Shown one piece after another: positions 26,674 through 34,838 of a DNA stretch of 64,000 nucleotides. The stretch covers positions 148,743-212,742 of the forward strand of contig CAWFDN010000004.1 in the NCBI GenBank assembly GCA_963814615.1. Reading direction: 5' to 3'. This DNA is from an uncultured Alphaproteobacteria bacterium. Its GTDB lineage: Bacteria > Pseudomonadota > Alphaproteobacteria > Rhizobiales > Xanthobacteraceae. Under the pieces are notes generated by a model. That model ran no database searches. It was not told the DNA's origin and saw nothing but the letters and a program-made list of their open reading frames with translations. How positions within the stretch are numbered: position 1 is the stretch's first letter; the number at the start of each line of letters is the position of its first letter. Both the position numbers and the translations under genes were made by a program.

Positions 26674-26952
26674 ATGATCGAGAGTTTTAAGCACAAAGGG
26701 CTGAGGCAGCTTTTCGAGGACGACACGGCCAAGGGCGTGAGCGCCGAGCATGTGCGCAAGCTCCGGCAGATTTTGGGCGTACTGCATGCGGCGGAAACGA
26801 TCGAGGCAATGCGGTTGCCGACTTTCGGGCTGCATCCACTGAAGGGCGACCTTAAAGGCTTTTGGGCCGTGACCGTGCGCGCGAACTGGCGGGTTATTTT
26901 TCGGTTCGGGGATGGCAAGGCATCCGATGTTGACCTTGTAGACTATCACTGA
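26674..26952 (+). CDS. higB: HigB-type toxin (RelE/ParE superfamily, plasmid maintenance system killer protein)
   Basis: MIESFKHKGLRQLFEDD...LHPLKGDLKGFWAVTVRANWRVIFRFGDG.ASDVDLVDYH is the classic HigB pattern. The toxin lies upstream of the antitoxin. Confidence 0.85.
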   Translation: MIESFKHKGLRQLFEDDTAKGVSAEHVRKLRQILGVLHAAETIEAMRLPTFGLHPLKGDLKGFWAVTVRANWRVIFRFGDGKASDVDLVDYH

Positions 26953-26966
26953 AGGAGCAAAAAAAT

Positions 26967-27245
26967 ATGGAGATGAAAAATCCACCACACCCCGGCGAGT
27001 TGATCGGCGACACGCTCGACGAACTGGACGTTTCGATTGTTGCCGCAGCCAAGGCCCTCGGCATCACGCGGCAGCAGCTTCACAATCTGATTTCTGGACG
27101 TAGCGGAATCACGCCGGAAATGGCTGTAAAGCTTGAAAAAGCTATCGGCAGCACGGCCGACACCTGGCTCAGGATGCAGATGAATTACGACCTGGCCCAG
27201 GTTCGCAAGCGCACGATCAACGTCAAGCGTTTGGTGCCGGCCTAA
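26967..27245 (+). CDS. higA: HigA-type antitoxin (XRE-family HTH)
   Basis: PHPGELIGDTLDELDVSIVAAAKALGITRQQLHNLISGRSGITPEMAVKLEKAIG. GAAGGAG RBS. It starts 14 nt after the higB stop. Confidence 0.9.
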   Translation: MEMKNPPHPGELIGDTLDELDVSIVAAAKALGITRQQLHNLISGRSGITPEMAVKLEKAIGSTADTWLRMQMNYDLAQVRKRTINVKRLVPA

Positions 27246-27313
27246 CAGAGGTACCATAACCAGGAAGAGAGTTCGCAGTACCAAGGGCTTTCAACTCTAC
27301 AAGCTCAAAGCAA

Positions 27314-27340
27314 AAGGGCCGACCCAGAGGGTCGGCCCTT
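27314..27340 (-). terminator. rho-independent terminator between convergent higA and porin genes
   Basis: 11-bp stem AAGGGCCGACC/GGTCGGCCCTT with loop CAGAG. TTTTG follows on the minus strand, 28 nt after the porin stop. Confidence 0.65.
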
Positions 27341-27367
27341 CGCCTAGATGTTGGTCAGCAATTCAGA

Positions 27368-28861
27368 TCAGAAGCTGTACTTCAAGCCAACCGACGGAGC
27401 CCAGTTGCCGGCAACGTTGATCGACTTGCTGAGGAAGCCGGAAGCGAAACCATTCGCCGCCTGCGACCACATCACGCCAGCGTAAGCATCGAAACGCTTC
27501 GCAAAGCGCCAATCGGCGACGAAGGAAACCACGTCCAACTGGCCGCTGCAATTCCCGGCGCTGGAGTCGGTACAATTAGCTGCAACGTTCGTAACTGCTC
27601 CACCGTTACGGCCAGCGCCGGTGAAGCTGTTCTGCTCTTCGTGGTAGTAGGCGAGCGTCAGGTCGAGATCGGAGCGAGCCGCATACTTCGCGCCAACCCA
27701 GGCCGTCTGCGTGATCCTGTCGGTGTTGAACGCGTTGTTGTTGACCGAACCGAGCACAAAGCCAGCCGTAAGGAAGCTGCCGGCCGACAACGGGCTGTTC
27801 GGGTTCTTCTGGTCGATACGCTCATAACCACCAAAGAGCTTGACCGGTCCGATGTTGTACTTGGCAAGGAGCATGAAGGAGGTGTTGTCGGAGACGTTTC
27901 CTTGAACAAGCCCGTCCGGCCCGTTGCCAAAGGCGGCAGACGCGATTGGAAGTGTAGTACCATTGAGAGGGGCTGCGCTAATAGCGTCGTCAATTTTGGC
28001 GCCGATCACGTCGAACGAGAACCCGGCATAGTCAAAGCCGAATTCGCCTTCGAAGGCATTGCCCTGGGCACCGGTAAACTGGCCAGAACGGGCCGCCGCT
28101 TCAGCAGCGAAACGGAAAGGACCCGTGGCCACGGTGTATTTGAACGAGTTGTCGTAGATACGCTCTTCCGTATTGCCCGCGCCGCCCGTCAGGCCTTGGA
28201 AGCCGATCAAGGAGAACGCACCGGAACTGGCCAACGGATCGTAGTTGATGACGCCGTCAGACGTCAGCGCGTTCTGGCGACCGTAAGTGAATGTACCGTA
28301 AATCGGCGAGCTCAAACCGGCATAGGCCGCGGCGTTGAAGGCTTGACCGTTCTTGGAAGAGTCGCCGAACGCATTCTGATGGTTTGCCGCCAAACCGTTG
28401 TTCTGCGCAACGGAACCGAGACCGTTGGCAAGCACGCCCGTCGTCACGTTGAACTGCGTCTGCAAGTTGAAGATCGCGTACAGACCGTCCGCAATTTCCT
28501 GCTTGCCGCGAAGACCGACATACGAAGCGCTCAACTGGCTGGAAGCAGCGCTGAAAACCGGACCCTGGGAGTTCGACGAAATCAAATAGTTCAACTGCGA
28601 GCCGGCAAGCGCGCTCTGCGGGGCGCCGTGGGTCTGATAACCCAAGCCCGCGTCGATCTGGCCGTACAGGGTAACGCCGTGCCAGGTCAGGCTGTCGTCC
28701 TCGACGACGGCCTTTTTCGGAATCGCCTTGTAGGTGCTGTAATCGGCGGCCAACGCGTCGAACGCCGAAGTGCCGGACTGCGTGGAAGATTGCTCGGCCG
28801 CGTGGCCGGCTGATGCGAGACCGAAAATGGCCGCCGCAGATAGCATAAGTGCTTTTTTCAC
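27368..28861 (-). CDS. outer-membrane porin (alphaproteobacterial general porin family), paralog 1
   Basis: GTG at 28861 is preceded by GGGGGAA. Signal peptide VKKALMLSAAAIFGLASAGHA. Alternating beta-strand pattern with a C-terminal ...GLKYSF. Confidence 0.8.
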   Translation of the reverse strand: MKKALMLSAAAIFGLASAGHAAEQSSTQSGTSAFDALAADYSTYKAIPKKAVVEDDSLTWHGVTLYGQIDAGLGYQTHGAPQSALAGSQLNYLISSNSQGPVFSAASSQLSASYVGLRGKQEIADGLYAIFNLQTQFNVTTGVLANGLGSVAQNNGLAANHQNAFGDSSKNGQAFNAAAYAGLSSPIYGTFTYGRQNALTSDGVINYDPLASSGAFSLIGFQGLTGGAGNTEERIYDNSFKYTVATGPFRFAAEAAARSGQFTGAQGNAFEGEFGFDYAGFSFDVIGAKIDDAISAAPLNGTTLPIASAAFGNGPDGLVQGNVSDNTSFMLLAKYNIGPVKLFGGYERIDQKNPNSPLSAGSFLTAGFVLGSVNNNAFNTDRITQTAWVGAKYAARSDLDLTLAYYHEEQNSFTGAGRNGGAVTNVAANCTDSSAGNCSGQLDVVSFVADWRFAKRFDAYAGVMWSQAANGFASGFLSKSINVAGNWAPSVGLKYSF

Positions 28862-29431
28862 GTGAGTTCCCCCAAAATCGCGGTCCAAAATTATCCGCGA
28901 AACCACCAAGTTCACGGAGCCTCGGGATGAGGTCCCCTTCGTAGCCTCACCATGCTTGAGGAATGCCGGAAATGCTGTAGCCGACGTGCAACACTGGATC
29001 GAAAAGCGGACGTTTCCCCGGGGTGGCGACGGCAAACGGGCATGTATCGGGGCCTTTTGGGGGTTCAATCAAGCTGTGTTGGCAAAGACGAGCACGCCAC
29101 AGATTGCAAGGCCGGCCTTCACCAAAGCACCGCTCGATTCGGTTTCCGCGAAAACTCGATGGCGATTCTAACACCCATCTTCCGTGAAGCCGGTAGCTCC
29201 GACTGGAATGGCAAATAGAATCGCGGAGGCCGCGCAACCCTGCTCCGAGCGCAAGGCCCCGACCGTTTGTGCAACCTTGGGCGAATGGTGGATGGGAGCG
29301 ATGATGGCTGTCGCGCACAAAGCGCTCGATCTCGGCGGGCCCTCCGCACAGCCTATCCGATCACGTGACGGCTGCGCGTCACACCACAGATCGAAGCGAA
29401 GGCATTCGATCGAATCGAAGACATGCGCGGC

Positions 29432-29483
29432 AAAAAAATGCCCCCTCCCGATAGACGATCAACCGTCTACCGAGAGGGGGCAT
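29432..29483 (-). terminator. rho-independent terminator of the outer-membrane barrel gene
   Basis: ATGCCCCCTC...GAGGGGGCAT outer stem with nested TAGACG/CGTCTA. Seven T follow on the minus strand, 14 nt after the stop at 29497. Confidence 0.75.
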
Positions 29484-29496
29484 GCATTACATTTGG

Positions 29497-30528
29497 TTAT
29501 TTGTGGAACATCGCCGGCTTTGCCGGCTCCTCAGGCGCCCAGAGGCGGTAGCTAAGGGTGGCAAACACAGTGCTCCCCTGCGCGATCACAGAAAAATCCT
29601 GTCCTCCGGTAAGCCGGCTAGCAAGAGCAGCAGCATTGGAGGCTTTTGCTGAAACTTCTTGTGTCGCCCACACCGACAAGCTCGCGGGCCCAAAATTGTA
29701 TTCGAGGAGACCACCGACCGCCCAAACACTGAACCTCTGGGCGTTCGTCAATGTGCCTAAGCCATGAGCGGTAAACGGCAAGCAGGCGGCAGAGCATGAG
29801 TCGTCGCTAACCTGACCATAGAAATAGGCGACCGGCCCTAACGTCCACTTGCCGAAAGTCTTGGTCGCGGTGAAGTCCGCATGGAAGATGTTGCCCGTAG
29901 TATAGTGGCTAATACTGTTCTGGGTGTTGATTTCTTCGGACAAGGCGACGCTCAGATTCCAGCCGTCCTTTAAATACGAAATGACCAATTCAGGCGAGAA
30001 GGTCCACCATGGATTGCCCTCATTGTTAAGACCGGCAGGACCCTGAATGGTGCCCGTTGGCGCCCAGATGCCAAGCCCGGACTTCACGAGAAATCCGCTC
30101 GTCCCAAGCTTCCAGCTCAATTCGACCGGCACGATATAGGTGTTGTGGACGCCGCTGTATTGCAGATTTTCGGGGCTGCCGATGCTGTTCAAGCCGAACG
30201 GCTGCACGAGCACGGCATCATAGGTCGCCCCCAGGAACGTCCAGCCCGGAACAAACAAAAATCCTTGCGCGTCATATCCCGCCTGGTAACCAACCTTGGT
30301 ATTGCCACCAAGTGCAGAGTTAACCCCGGGCCCAGCGATGTTTCCCTGGTAGGAAAATACTTGATTGAACATATAGATGCCCGGCGGCGGAACGCCGGCG
30401 CTGGACCCGATGAAGGACCCTGCCTTGAGGGCCGCAGCGGGATAACCCGACTCATAGGCGTTCGCCGGCGAGAGCGCGAACGCGGCAAGGCCGGCTGCAG
30501 CGAGTAGAACTTTGCTAATCAGTTTCAT
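29497..30528 (-). CDS. outer-membrane beta-barrel protein, MetA-pathway/phenol-degradation-like transporter family
   Basis: Signal peptide MKLISKVLLAAAGLAAFALSPANA. Also GIYMFNQVFSY..., aromatic-rich alternating strands, and 343 aa. The family call is from memory of the motif pattern. Confidence 0.6.
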   Translation of the reverse strand: MKLISKVLLAAAGLAAFALSPANAYESGYPAAALKAGSFIGSSAGVPPPGIYMFNQVFSYQGNIAGPGVNSALGGNTKVGYQAGYDAQGFLFVPGWTFLGATYDAVLVQPFGLNSIGSPENLQYSGVHNTYIVPVELSWKLGTSGFLVKSGLGIWAPTGTIQGPAGLNNEGNPWWTFSPELVISYLKDGWNLSVALSEEINTQNSISHYTTGNIFHADFTATKTFGKWTLGPVAYFYGQVSDDSCSAACLPFTAHGLGTLTNAQRFSVWAVGGLLEYNFGPASLSVWATQEVSAKASNAAALASRLTGGQDFSVIAQGSTVFATLSYRLWAPEEPAKPAMFHK

Positions 30529-30573
30529 TTGTCCCCCCTTGGTCCCGTGCGACGCGAATCCCTACCCATCTTA

Positions 30574-30595
30574 TTATGGGCACTTTATGGGCACT
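30574..30595. repeat. perfect tandem duplication 2 x 11 bp (TTATGGGCACT)
   Basis: Seen directly, 46-67 nt upstream of the barrel-protein ATG (30528). Confidence 0.9.
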
Positions 30596-30875
30596 CCCAG
30601 CTTCGTCCGCGAAAGTCCGCAGCCAACAAACTCAAAATGCCTATTTGTTGAACGAAGATTGCTTCGCTCCGACCAAAAGGCAATTTTAAACTTGTCATAT
30701 GCGACCGAGTCTCAATTTTTTCGCGAGTGTGTTGCACATATGCACCGCCATTAATCGCCTCGAAGGCCATCAAGCTGCTGTTTTTTCGTATGTTTTGAAC
30801 GTCCTCCGTCTGTTACGCGAGGAACCCTCAGCCTTAGGAAGCGTGACCGTCTCCGTAACATTCGACGAATCGGCA

Positions 30876-30892
30876 TGCATCGAATCGATGCA
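30876..30892. promoter_or_regulatory. perfect 17-bp palindrome TGCATCGA-A-TCGATGCA
   Basis: Seen directly, 150 nt upstream of the TPR gene ATG and 64 nt upstream of the tandem array. Confidence 0.3.
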
Positions 30893-30955
30893 ACGTGACT
30901 CAGGGCTGCCAACGCAGTGGCCCGATGATAATTTGTACCTCGCTGCAACAAAGAC

Positions 30956-31041
30956 TTGGAAACCGAAGATTTGGAAACCGAAGATTTGGAAACCGAAGAC
31001 TTGTAAACGGAAGGCTTGAAACCCGAAGGCTTGGAGGAGAT
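30956..31041 (+). repeat. 15-bp tandem repeat array (about 5.7 units) abutting the TPR gene start
   Basis: TTGGAAACCGAAGAT x2 identical. Then TTGGAAACCGAAGAC, TTGTAAACGGAAGGC, TTGAAACCCGAAGGC, and a partial TTGGAGGAGAT that supplies the GGAGGAG RBS for the ATG at 31042. Confidence 0.9.
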
Positions 31042-32181
31042 ATGCGTTTTTCAGTGCTGCTTGCTGGATTGATCCCACTGCTCGTTAACTCATGTCCGGC
31101 TCTCGCCGACAGTCAGGGGGATCTTGACCAGTGCAGGTTTGTCGGCGAAATCGGCAAGGCCGATCAAAGCATCGCCGCATGCGACCGCGTTCTCAACGAT
31201 CCCAAATTGACCGGAGCAAGCCGCGCGGCCGCACTCAGCAATCGCTGCGGGTGGTGGTGGGCGAAAAAAGATCCGGATCGCGCGCTGGCGGATTGCAACG
31301 AAGCCATACGGGCCGATCGCGCGTACGCCGCGGCCTACGTCAATCGTGGCAACGCTTATCTGAACAAAGCCGACTTCGAGCGCGCCTTCGGTGACTTCAA
31401 TGAAGCGATCCGGCTCGATACCAAAAACGCTTGGGCCTATAATGCGCGCGGCAGCCTGTACAAGAACAGGGGTGATTTCGACCACGCTTTGGCCGACATC
31501 ACCGAGGCGATCCGGCTCGACCCCAATTACGCTGTGGCCTACTTCTTGCGAAGCGACCTGTACAAACGTAAGGGCGATTTCGACCACACGCTGGCCGATT
31601 TGAACGAGGCCGTTCGGCTCGACCCCAACTACGCCAGTGCCTACTTCGCGCGGGGTTCTGTTTCCTACATCAAGGGTAACAACCCCGCCGCCCTGGCAGA
31701 TTTTACCAAATCGATTCAGCTCCAGCCCAAGATTGCCAACGCCTACTTCAACCGCGGCGTCGCGTATTTTTTCATCGGCCGTGTGGCAGACGCACAGGCC
31801 GATTTCAAGAAGGCTGCCGAACTCGACCCCAAAGACGCCTATGCGGCACTTTGGCTCGATCTCGCCGAGCGCCGCAACAATGCCCCGAGCCATTTGGCCG
31901 AGGCCGCAAAACAACTGGACATGACCGCGTGGCCCGCCGCGGTGGTCCGCCACTTCCTCGGCGATCTCAGCGCCGCACAAACACTCGATGCAGCCGTTAA
32001 CCCCGATCCGAAGACGAAGCTGGGGCAAACCTGCGAGGCCACTTTTTACGGTGGAGAACTTGCGCTGCTAAAGAAGGACAAGAAGGAAGCACAGCACCTG
32101 TTGCAGCGCGCGGCCGATGATTGCCCGCGGGGCTTCATCAAATCGACGGCCGCGATAACGGAACTCATACTCAATCGCTAG
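31042..32181 (+). CDS. secreted TPR-repeat protein (NlpI-like)
   Basis: Signal peptide MRFSVLLAGLIPLLVNSCPALA. At least six consecutive 34-aa TPR units (AYVNRGNAYLNKADFERAFGDFNEAIRLDTKN, AWAYNARGSLYKNRGDFDHALADITEAIRLDPNY, and so on). Confidence 0.85.
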   Translation: MRFSVLLAGLIPLLVNSCPALADSQGDLDQCRFVGEIGKADQSIAACDRVLNDPKLTGASRAAALSNRCGWWWAKKDPDRALADCNEAIRADRAYAAAYVNRGNAYLNKADFERAFGDFNEAIRLDTKNAWAYNARGSLYKNRGDFDHALADITEAIRLDPNYAVAYFLRSDLYKRKGDFDHTLADLNEAVRLDPNYASAYFARGSVSYIKGNNPAALADFTKSIQLQPKIANAYFNRGVAYFFIGRVADAQADFKKAAELDPKDAYAALWLDLAERRNNAPSHLAEAAKQLDMTAWPAAVVRHFLGDLSAAQTLDAAVNPDPKTKLGQTCEATFYGGELALLKKDKKEAQHLLQRAADDCPRGFIKSTAAITELILNR

Positions 32182-32310
32182 GGTTTGTCTCAAGCACTGG
32201 GGTTTCTCACCGTCCCGCTCGGGAATATCGCAGCTCGAAGACGAGTCTTTTCCTCAGAGTAGGTCAGGTTCAACGGTTCAGGGGCCACTCTCTCATCGGA
32301 GTTGGTTCAA

Positions 32311-32514
32311 ATGAATTCCTTGTTCGGCCTCGTTGCATTCTCCGCCGGTGCGATTGAGCAGGTTCTCAAATATCTCGAAAGTCATCACTGGCTTTTTGGG
32401 TTGATCGTCATTGGCTATATATTTCGCCTTCACGACAAAAGCCTTCATGCCAGGTTTGACGCGCTTGAAAAACGGACGGATGAGATCAGGAAGCGCCTTG
32501 CCTGCGACAACTGA
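32311..32514 (+). CDS. small hypothetical membrane protein (67 aa)
   Basis: GGAG lies 11 nt upstream. One TM segment (WLFGLIVIGYIF) plus a charged helix. The region is low-GC. An antisense ORF of similar size exists, so support is weak. Confidence 0.3.
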   Translation: MNSLFGLVAFSAGAIEQVLKYLESHHWLFGLIVIGYIFRLHDKSLHARFDALEKRTDEIRKRLACDN

Positions 32515-32518
32515 TCGC

Positions 32519-32600
32519 CGGAGCATGATCTCTTAAATGTAAACCGGTCTTCCACAGGGCAAACGCAAAGCGTTTGAAGATAAAGACCAGAGCCCGATTC
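32519..32600 (+). repeat. short dispersed intergenic repeat, copy D
   Basis: GAGCATGATC...AAACCGGTCTTCC...CAAACGC-AAA-GCGTTTG (hairpin 32560-32576). It aligns with the reverse complement of copy C. Confidence 0.5.
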
Positions 32601-32681
32601 AACTCAGGCTCCGGCACATTGCCTTTAGGAGATTGGCCAGGAGGCGATTGGTCTGGAGACCATTTGCCCTCGCCGTTCGCT

Positions 32682-34175
32682 TTACAACTTCATCCGTATG
32701 CCGGTCATGGCGGAAGTCGTGTCGACGCTGGTGCCGGTCCCGGCAAAGCCAAACTTGGCGCCCGGCGTGCCGGGGAATGCGGAGGCAAGACCGTTGTCCA
32801 CTCTTCCGTAGGTGATACCGGCGTAGGCATCGAAGTGCTTGGTGATCTGGTAGTCCACCAGGAACGATACCTGGTCAAACGTACCTGAGCAGTCCGTCTT
32901 GCTGGCGCCGCCGGCGACGCACGGCGCGCTGTCAGCCACATAGGAATTCTGGTTCACGTGATAATACGCGCCGGTAAAACTCAAACCCCCGGCCATTTCG
33001 TACTTCGCTCCTGCCCAGAAGAATTGCAGCACCCTATCGGCGGTGAACGCGTTGTTGTCAGGCAGCGTCCCCGAGACGGTCAGCGGAATGCCGCCGGCCG
33101 AATTCCCGGAGAATATCGGATTCTGCGGATTGGCCTGATCGATATGGGTGTAACCGGCGAAGAATGTCAGCTTGTCGCCAGGGGCTCCAGCCTTTGCGGC
33201 CTTGGTCGGGAAAGCACCCGTGGCGTGCCCCGGGAGCTGAAAGGTATATTTGCCCATGATGGACCAGGTCTCGTTGTCCGAAATATTGGCCGCGAGAGTC
33301 TGGCTGCCGACCGGATCGTTCACCGCGGTCTGCAGGTTCACGGCGCCGTGCTCCTTGCTATAAACCGCATCGACCGAGAAGCCTTTGTAGTTCCCACCGA
33401 CATCGAAGCCATAGCTGTTGCCGAAGATACCACTATCCACGCCGCCGGTTGAGTACATGGCCGCGGCATGGACAGGCCCGTATTGATAGGCGTACTTGGC
33501 CGAGTTGTCCCAGCGAGCAGCTTGCGTGCTGCCCGAGCCGCCGTCCGTTCCGGAATAGCCGAGAAGCGAGAAGGCGTAGGACAGGCTCAGCGGATCGTAA
33601 ATTGCGATTTTGTCGAGCTGAAGTGAATTCTGGCGGCCGATCGTCAGCGTGCCGTAGAGCGGGTTGCTGAAGCCGCCATAGGCCTCACCGTTGAACGGCT
33701 GGCCGCAACGGCCGCTGTCCGCGTTGGACGTCTGTTGGGTATAGACGACGCCCGCATTCTGGATAAAGGAGCTGCACCCGTTCGAGAGTCTGAACTTGAT
33801 CGGATCGAAGCCCGTATCGAGCTTGCCGATTAGCGCCCAGTCCCAACCGAGCGGTTCATCGAACTTCACACCGATCTTCGATTGCTCCAGACCGCTATGA
33901 GCGAAGGTCGCGACCGATTGACCGGTGTAATTCCTGGTGGTCGTGAAAGGGATGAATTCAAGACCCGACACCACACTCCCGAGCGGGCGACCGTTGGTTT
34001 GGTAGGCGTAACCGAGATCCAGCGTTCCGTAAACGGTGATGCCGTGCCAGGTCAAACTATCGGGAAGCGGGTCGTAAAAAGGAGTGGCTTTCGCCGGGAG
34101 CAGGTCCATATCCGCAGCATGCGCGGTCGCCACCAGGCCCACCATACCCAGTGCAAATGCTAACGTTCTTCTCAT
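32682..34175 (-). CDS. outer-membrane porin, paralog 2
   Basis: ATG at 34175. Signal peptide MRRTLAFALGMVGLVATAHA. It shares DSLTWHG(I/V)T(V/L)YG and many later blocks with the porin at 27368..28861. Confidence 0.8.
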   Translation of the reverse strand: MRRTLAFALGMVGLVATAHAADMDLLPAKATPFYDPLPDSLTWHGITVYGTLDLGYAYQTNGRPLGSVVSGLEFIPFTTTRNYTGQSVATFAHSGLEQSKIGVKFDEPLGWDWALIGKLDTGFDPIKFRLSNGCSSFIQNAGVVYTQQTSNADSGRCGQPFNGEAYGGFSNPLYGTLTIGRQNSLQLDKIAIYDPLSLSYAFSLLGYSGTDGGSGSTQAARWDNSAKYAYQYGPVHAAAMYSTGGVDSGIFGNSYGFDVGGNYKGFSVDAVYSKEHGAVNLQTAVNDPVGSQTLAANISDNETWSIMGKYTFQLPGHATGAFPTKAAKAGAPGDKLTFFAGYTHIDQANPQNPIFSGNSAGGIPLTVSGTLPDNNAFTADRVLQFFWAGAKYEMAGGLSFTGAYYHVNQNSYVADSAPCVAGGASKTDCSGTFDQVSFLVDYQITKHFDAYAGITYGRVDNGLASAFPGTPGAKFGFAGTGTSVDTTSAMTGIRMKL

Positions 34176-34298
34176 CGTAACTTCCCCAAAATGAATCCCT
34201 GACATGGCAGGAGCCGAATCCAGCCGCCCCGATCTTCGCTATATTTCGTGGGATATAACGAAGGCAATCCGCAAGTGCAATCGGGCAACAGTTGCGAT

Positions 34299-34322
34299 TC
34301 AAATTGCTTGTCAAATTGCTTG
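34299..34322. repeat. perfect tandem duplication 2 x 12 bp (TCAAATTGCTTG)
   Basis: Seen directly, 124-147 nt upstream of the porin-2 ATG and 66 nt downstream of the ModE-like gene stop. Confidence 0.9.
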
Positions 34323-34387
34323 GCTGACTGCGGCGAGCGAGAGCTCCTGGCCGCTATTTGTCGCAGACCGCGGTTGGTGAGCGGCGG

Positions 34388-34786
34388 CTAATCCTCGGTT
34401 ATTTTCGGGGAGCGGCCAATATCGGCTCTCAACGCGACAAGCTCCTTGCGGACTGCGGCGAGCGCAGCGCTTTCGATCTTCCGGTACCGCGCGACGAGGG
34501 ATACGCCGAACGGCGTCAGCGTTGCGCCGCCGCCATTCTTGCCGCCGGCTTGCCGCTCGACGACGGCCCGGCCGCAGATGCGGTTGATTTCATCCACCAG
34601 ATCCCACGCCCGCTTGTAAGACATATCCATCGCCCGGCCCGCCGCTGAGATCGAACCGCAAGCTGCGATTTTCTCAAGCAGTTGGATTTTGCCGGGCCCG
34701 ATCCGGCCCTCCGGATCAAGGTCGATCCGGACGCTCAGGGACGGCAGAGATCTCGCCGCTTGCTCGCGCATTTCTGATTTGCCCAT
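34388..34786 (-). CDS. ModE-N-terminal-like winged-helix transcriptional regulator (no Mop domains)
   Basis: GKIQLLEKIAACGSISAAGRAMDMSYKRAWDLVDEIN...GGKNGGGATLTPFG is the ModE/LysR-type HTH pattern. 132 aa. Confidence 0.8.
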   Translation of the reverse strand: MGKSEMREQAARSLPSLSVRIDLDPEGRIGPGKIQLLEKIAACGSISAAGRAMDMSYKRAWDLVDEINRICGRAVVERQAGGKNGGGATLTPFGVSLVARYRKIESAALAAVRKELVALRADIGRSPKITED

Positions 34787-34838
34787 GTCTTTGGTCGTTG
34801 ACGGTCGGACTACACGTGGAAGATCGGACTAGCCAATT

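Noticed and set aside
30956-31041. Possible CRISPR array
   Set aside because: The units are contiguous 15-mers with no spacers. There are no cas genes in the window.
30699-31078. ORFs translating the 15-bp tandem array into pentapeptide repeats (WKPKI..., GNRRF..., FGFQI...)
   Set aside because: All three frames and the reverse strand are open merely because the unit lacks stops. No RBS or start is supported, and the array merges into the RBS of the downstream TPR gene. Treated as non-coding repeat.
20000-32310. tRNA-like T-arm strings (for example GGGTTCAACC at about 20024 and GGTTCAAAT at about 32304) as possible tRNA genes or integration sites
   Set aside because: The flanking bases do not form T-stem, acceptor or anticodon stems. 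No cloverleaf could be folded by eye.
19830-34300. Search for transposase, integrase, phage or defence-system genes in the lower-GC accessory stretch
   Set aside because: No ORF of adequate length or motif content was found apart from higBA. The remaining ORFs are repeat-derived pseudo-peptides or shadows.
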